Of a stretch of DNA of 39,842 nucleotides, positions 36,801 to 39,842 are shown piece after piece. The stretch's first letter is position 1, and each line of letters opens with the position of its first letter. The stretch comes from Escherichia phage JeanTinguely, in the sequence record MZ501081. One strand, written 5' to 3'. Both the position numbers and the translations under genes were made by a program. The notes below the pieces were generated by a model, which worked only from the letters and a program-made list of their open reading frames with translations, did not search any database and was not told the DNA's origin.

Positions 36801-37792
36801 TGAACGGCACTACTAACTACCTTCTGGATGCTGCGCGTCAAGGGATGCTTGGGGATATTATTAGTGCCACCTTAACAGGTAAGACTACCCGCTGGGAGAA
36901 AGAAGGATTCCTTCGGGGTGCCTCCGTAACTCCTGAGCAGATGGCTGGCATCAAGTCTCTCATCAAGGAACATATGGTACGTGGTGAGGACGGTAAGTTT
37001 ACCGTTAAGGACAAGCAAGCGTTCTCTATGGACCCACGGGCTATGGACTTATGGCGACTTGCTGACAAGGTAGCTGATGAGGCAATGCTGCGTCCGCATA
37101 AGGTGTCCTTACAGGATTCCCATGCGTTCGGAGCACTAGGTAAGATGGTAATGCAGTTTAAGTCTTTCACTATCAAGTCCCTTAACTCTAAGTTCCTGCG
37201 AACCTTCTATGATGGATACAAGAACAACCGAGCGATTGACGCTGCGCTGAGCATTATCACCTCAATGGGTCTCGCTGGTGGTTTCTATGCTATGGCCGTA
37301 CACGTCAAAGCGTATGGGATGCCTAAGGAGAAACGTAAGGAGTATTTGGAGCGTGCATTGGACCCAACCATGATTGCCCACGCTGCGTTGTCTCGTAGTT
37401 CTCATTTAGGTGCTCCTTTGGCTATGGTGGACCTCATTGGCGGTGTCTTGGGGTTCGAGTCATCAAAGATGGCTCGCTCTACGATTCTACCTAAGGACAC
37501 CATGAAGGAACGTGACCAAAACAAACCGTACACCTCTAGAGAGATAATTGGCGATATGGGTTCAAACCTTCTGGAACAGATGCCTTCTGCTGGCTTTGTG
37601 GCTAACGTAGGGGCGACCCTGATGAATGCTGCTGGTGTTGTCAACTCACCTAACAAAGCAACCGAGCAGGACTTCATGACTGGCTTAATGAACTCTACCA
37701 AAGAGTTAGTACCGAACGACCCATTGACTCAACAGCTTGTGTTGAAGATTTATGAGGCCAATGGTGTGAACTTGAGGGAACGTAGGAAATAA
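33836..37792 (+). CDS. 16: Internal virion protein D (gp16) with N-terminal lytic transglycosylase domain, 1318 aa
   Basis: MDKYDKNVPSEYDGLFQKAADATGVSYDLLRKVAWTESRF...GMMQFT (transglycosylase motif); same length as T7 gp16. Confidence 0.95.
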   Translation: MDKYDKNVPSEYDGLFQKAADATGVSYDLLRKVAWTESRFVPTAKSKTGPLGMMQFTKATAKALGLRVTDGPDDDRLNPELAINAAAKHLAELVSKFDGDELKAALAYNQGEGHFGNPQLEAYSKGDFASISEEGRNYMRNLLDVAKSPMAGQLETFGGITPKGKGIPAEVGLAGIGHSQKVTRELPESTSFDVKGIEQEAPAKPFAKDFWETHGETLDEYNNRSTFFGFKNAAEAELSNSVAGMAFRAGRLDNGFDVFKDTITPTRWNSHIWTPEELEKIRKEVKNPAYINVVTGGSPENLDDLIKMANENFEADSRAAEAGLGAKLSAGVIGAGVDPLSYVPMVGVTGKGFKLINKALVVGAESATLNVASEGLRTSVAGGDADYAGATLGGFVFGAGMSAISDAVAAGLKRSKPEAEFDNEFIGPMMRMEARETARNANSTDLSRMNTENMKFEGEHNGVPYAELPTERGAVVLHDGSVLSASNPINPKTLKEFSEVDPEKAARGIKLAGFTEIGLKTLGSDDADIRSVAIDLVRSPTGMQSGASGKFGATASDIHERLHCTDQRTYNDLYKAMSDAMKDPEFSTGGAKMSREEVRYTIYRRAALAIERPELQKALTPSERIVMDIIKRHFDTKRELMENPAIFGNTKAVSIFPESRHKGTYVPHVYDRHAKALMIQRYGAEGLQEGIARSWMNSYVSRPEVKARVDETLKEVHGVNEVTPEMVEKYAMDKAYGISHSDQFTNSSIIEENIEGLVGIENNSFLEARNLFDSDLSITMPDGQQFSVNDLRDFDMFRIMPAYDRRINGDIAIMGSTGKTTKELKDEILALKAKAEGDGKKTGEVHALMDTVKILTGRARRNQDTVWETALRSINDLGFFAKNAYMGAQNITEISGMIVTGNVRALGHGIPILRDILYKSKPVSAKELKELHASLFGKEVDQLIRPKRADIVQRLREATDTGPAVANIVGTLKYSTQELAARSPWTMMLNGTTNYLLDAARQGMLGDIISATLTGKTTRWEKEGFLRGASVTPEQMAGIKSLIKEHMVRGEDGKFTVKDKQAFSMDPRAMDLWRLADKVADEAMLRPHKVSLQDSHAFGALGKMVMQFKSFTIKSLNSKFLRTFYDGYKNNRAIDAALSIITSMGLAGGFYAMAVHVKAYGMPKEKRKEYLERALDPTMIAHAALSRSSHLGAPLAMVDLIGGVLGFESSKMARSTILPKDTMKERDQNKPYTSREIIGDMGSNLLEQMPSAGFVANVGATLMNAAGVVNSPNKATEQDFMTGLMNSTKELVPNDPLTQQLVLKIYEANGVNLRERRK

Positions 37793-37812
37793 TACGACTC
37801 ACTATAGGGAGA
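37790..37812 (+). promoter_or_regulatory. T7 RNAP class III promoter phi17
   Basis: Perfect consensus; overlaps the gene 16 stop codon. Confidence 0.9.
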
Positions 37813-37864
37813 GGTGAAAGAATCTTCTCCCTGTAGTCTCTTAGATTTACTTTAAGGAGGTCAA

Positions 37865-39796
37865 ATGGCTAACGTAATTAAAACCGTTTTGACTTACCAG
37901 TTAGATGGCTCCAAGCGTGATTTTAATATCCCGTTTGAGTATCTAGCCCGTAAGTTCGTAGTGGTAACTCTTATTGGTGTAGACCGCAAGGTTCTTACGA
38001 TTAATGCAGACTACCGTTTTGCTACACGTACTACCATATCACTGACCAAGGCTTGGGGTCCAGCCGATGGCTACACGACCATCGAGTTACGTCGAGTAAC
38101 CTCAGCGACCGACCGATTGGTTGACTTTACGGACGGCTCCATCCTCCGTGCGTATGACCTTAACGTTGCTCAGATTCAGACAATGCACGTAGCGGAAGAG
38201 GCTCGTGACATGACTGCGGATACTATCGGTGTCAACAATAACGGTCACTTGGATGCCCGTGGTCGTAAGATTGTGAACCTAGCGTTCGCTACTGGCGACT
38301 ATGATGCCGTCCCACTTAAGCAGATTAAGGAACGTGAGACCTCTGTGTGGAACGCTGTTACTAAAGCTGATGAACACGCTAACCGCTCCAACAAGGAAGC
38401 CAATCGCTCACGCGACGAAGCTGACCGCGCGAAACGTGAAGCTGACCGCTCGACCCAACAGGCAGGTGTTTCTACGGCACAAGCAGTTGAGTCCAAGAAT
38501 CAAGCTGACCGTTCCAACTCTGAGGCCAATCGTGCTAAAGGCTATGCTGACAGTATGACCGCAAGTGTCGCTGAGGCCAAGAAGCAAGCTGACCGTTCCA
38601 ACTCTGAGGCCAATCGTGCCCGTGATGAGGCCAATCGTTCTGCCGGAGAAGTGACTAAGGCTGCTGCTGAGGTTGCTAAAGCTGCTGCACACGTTGAGAC
38701 CGCTAAGGGACACGCTGACCGTGCTAACACTGAGGCTAACCGCTCTAAGAGTGAAGCTGACCGTGCTAAGACTGAGGCCGATAAGTTGGGTAATATGAAT
38801 GGCCTCGCGGGAACCATTGAGAGCATTGGGAGTAACGGCAAGGATGTGAACTTCAAAGGTGGCGTGAATGGTCACACACTTCTAGCTAAAGATTCTGTAC
38901 ACGTTGGGGTTCAGCCAAACACTGCGTCACTCACTGAAACCACACTACGCATTCGCAACCGTAACAACAAGGAGCGCACTTGGGACATCTATGCTTGGGG
39001 TAATGATTCTGGACGTGGTAATGTGCTTGAGTTCGGGTCTAACTATGGTCAAACATGGGGGATGTACTTGCAGTTTGCTAAAGGTGACTCACAAGATTCA
39101 CGACTTAGTGTTAATGGTGAGATTGTAGCTAAGACAGATATTTCAGGAAGGGGCATCACAGCAAGTGGGCAATTGATTACCAGCTCGCCATTCCTTAAGC
39201 TGATTAACTCTGGTCGTCGCCACATTCAGTTCATGACTGCCGATAACTACACTGATGGTTATCTCTACAAAGACCCCGGTGTTGGTGTGTGGAGACTTAA
39301 CTTTGGTCAGGCAGCTAGCATGGAGTATACGTTTGCTTCAAATGGTACATTAACATCCAGCTCCGGCTGGTATATCCCACCAGATGGCAACCTGTACATC
39401 CAGAAATATGGACTGTATATTGATACGTGGGTTAACAACCGCTTGGGCGAACACGCCTACACCAAAGGAGAAGTGAACAACTTGGTCAATGCTCGATTGA
39501 CACAAGCCCAAGCTGATGCTCGATACGTCAATAAGAATGCTGGGTGGGCTGAGGTGTGGAAAGGCACTGCTGGTGGTGGTGTTTCCGTAGGTCTCTCACA
39601 GGATGTCCGATGGAGAACTATCTGGATTCAGACTAACGGACGCTGGAACGCTGTGCCTATTGGTGACAATGCGTCTTACTTCATCGCGTCTGATGGTGGC
39701 TGGTTGAAGTTCACTATCTCCAACAACGGGCGAACATTCCGTAACGATGAGGATCACCACTCTGTACCAACTCGTATTCTAGTACAGAGCCAATAA
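37865..39796 (+). CDS. 17: Tail fibre protein gp17, 643 aa, with divergent middle region and extended coiled-coil
   Basis: N-terminus MANVIKTVLTYQLDGSKRDFNIPFEYLARKFVVVTLIGVDRKVL and C-terminus ...GGGVSV...YFIASDGGWL... resemble T7 gp17; from about residue 145 to the C-terminal domain the sequence differs and is 90 aa longer overall. Confidence 0.93.
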   Translation: MANVIKTVLTYQLDGSKRDFNIPFEYLARKFVVVTLIGVDRKVLTINADYRFATRTTISLTKAWGPADGYTTIELRRVTSATDRLVDFTDGSILRAYDLNVAQIQTMHVAEEARDMTADTIGVNNNGHLDARGRKIVNLAFATGDYDAVPLKQIKERETSVWNAVTKADEHANRSNKEANRSRDEADRAKREADRSTQQAGVSTAQAVESKNQADRSNSEANRAKGYADSMTASVAEAKKQADRSNSEANRARDEANRSAGEVTKAAAEVAKAAAHVETAKGHADRANTEANRSKSEADRAKTEADKLGNMNGLAGTIESIGSNGKDVNFKGGVNGHTLLAKDSVHVGVQPNTASLTETTLRIRNRNNKERTWDIYAWGNDSGRGNVLEFGSNYGQTWGMYLQFAKGDSQDSRLSVNGEIVAKTDISGRGITASGQLITSSPFLKLINSGRRHIQFMTADNYTDGYLYKDPGVGVWRLNFGQAASMEYTFASNGTLTSSSGWYIPPDGNLYIQKYGLYIDTWVNNRLGEHAYTKGEVNNLVNARLTQAQADARYVNKNAGWAEVWKGTAGGGVSVGLSQDVRWRTIWIQTNGRWNAVPIGDNASYFIASDGGWLKFTISNNGRTFRNDEDHHSVPTRILVQSQ

Positions 39797-39842
39797 GGAT
39801 GGCCAATAGACCACGGACGGTCTCAATTTAAAGGAGGACATA

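Noticed and set aside
38408-38875. Minus-strand ORFs (155 aa and 104 aa) inside the tail-fibre gene
   Set aside because: They fall in the repetitive low-complexity coiled-coil coding region of gene 17, where the antisense strand lacks stop codons by composition.

Overview
The window is an essentially complete genome of a T7-group podophage (Autographiviridae, very close to coliphage T7), written as a circular permutation. It opens at the holin gene (17.5) and runs through the terminase genes, across the physical genome ends (a single copy of the terminal repeat near 3819-3999), then through the early, DNA-metabolism and structural genes, ending at the tail-fibre gene 17. All genes are on the + strand. 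All 17 T7-RNA-polymerase promoters, the three strong host-RNAP early promoters A1-A3, the Tphi terminator, RNase III sites and the gene-10 frameshift site are recognisable. Identifications rest on reading the ORF translations against T7 protein sequences recalled from memory; no database search was run. The main departures from canonical T7 are: (1) the DNA polymerase gene is split by a 601-nt group I-type intron carrying an HNH endonuclease ORF; (2) two further free-standing HNH endonuclease genes sit at loci that are empty in T7 (after gene 19; overlapping the ligase 3' end in place of gene 1.4); (3) the T7 genes 2.8, 3.8, 5.3 and 7.7 are absent; (4) a tandem duplication of the gene 1.5 unit; (5) the 0.5/0.6 early region is replaced by two unrelated small ORFs; (6) the tail fibre is 643 aa rather than 553 aa, with a divergent middle region and an internal 35-bp direct repeat. 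No tRNA, rRNA or CRISPR array was seen.
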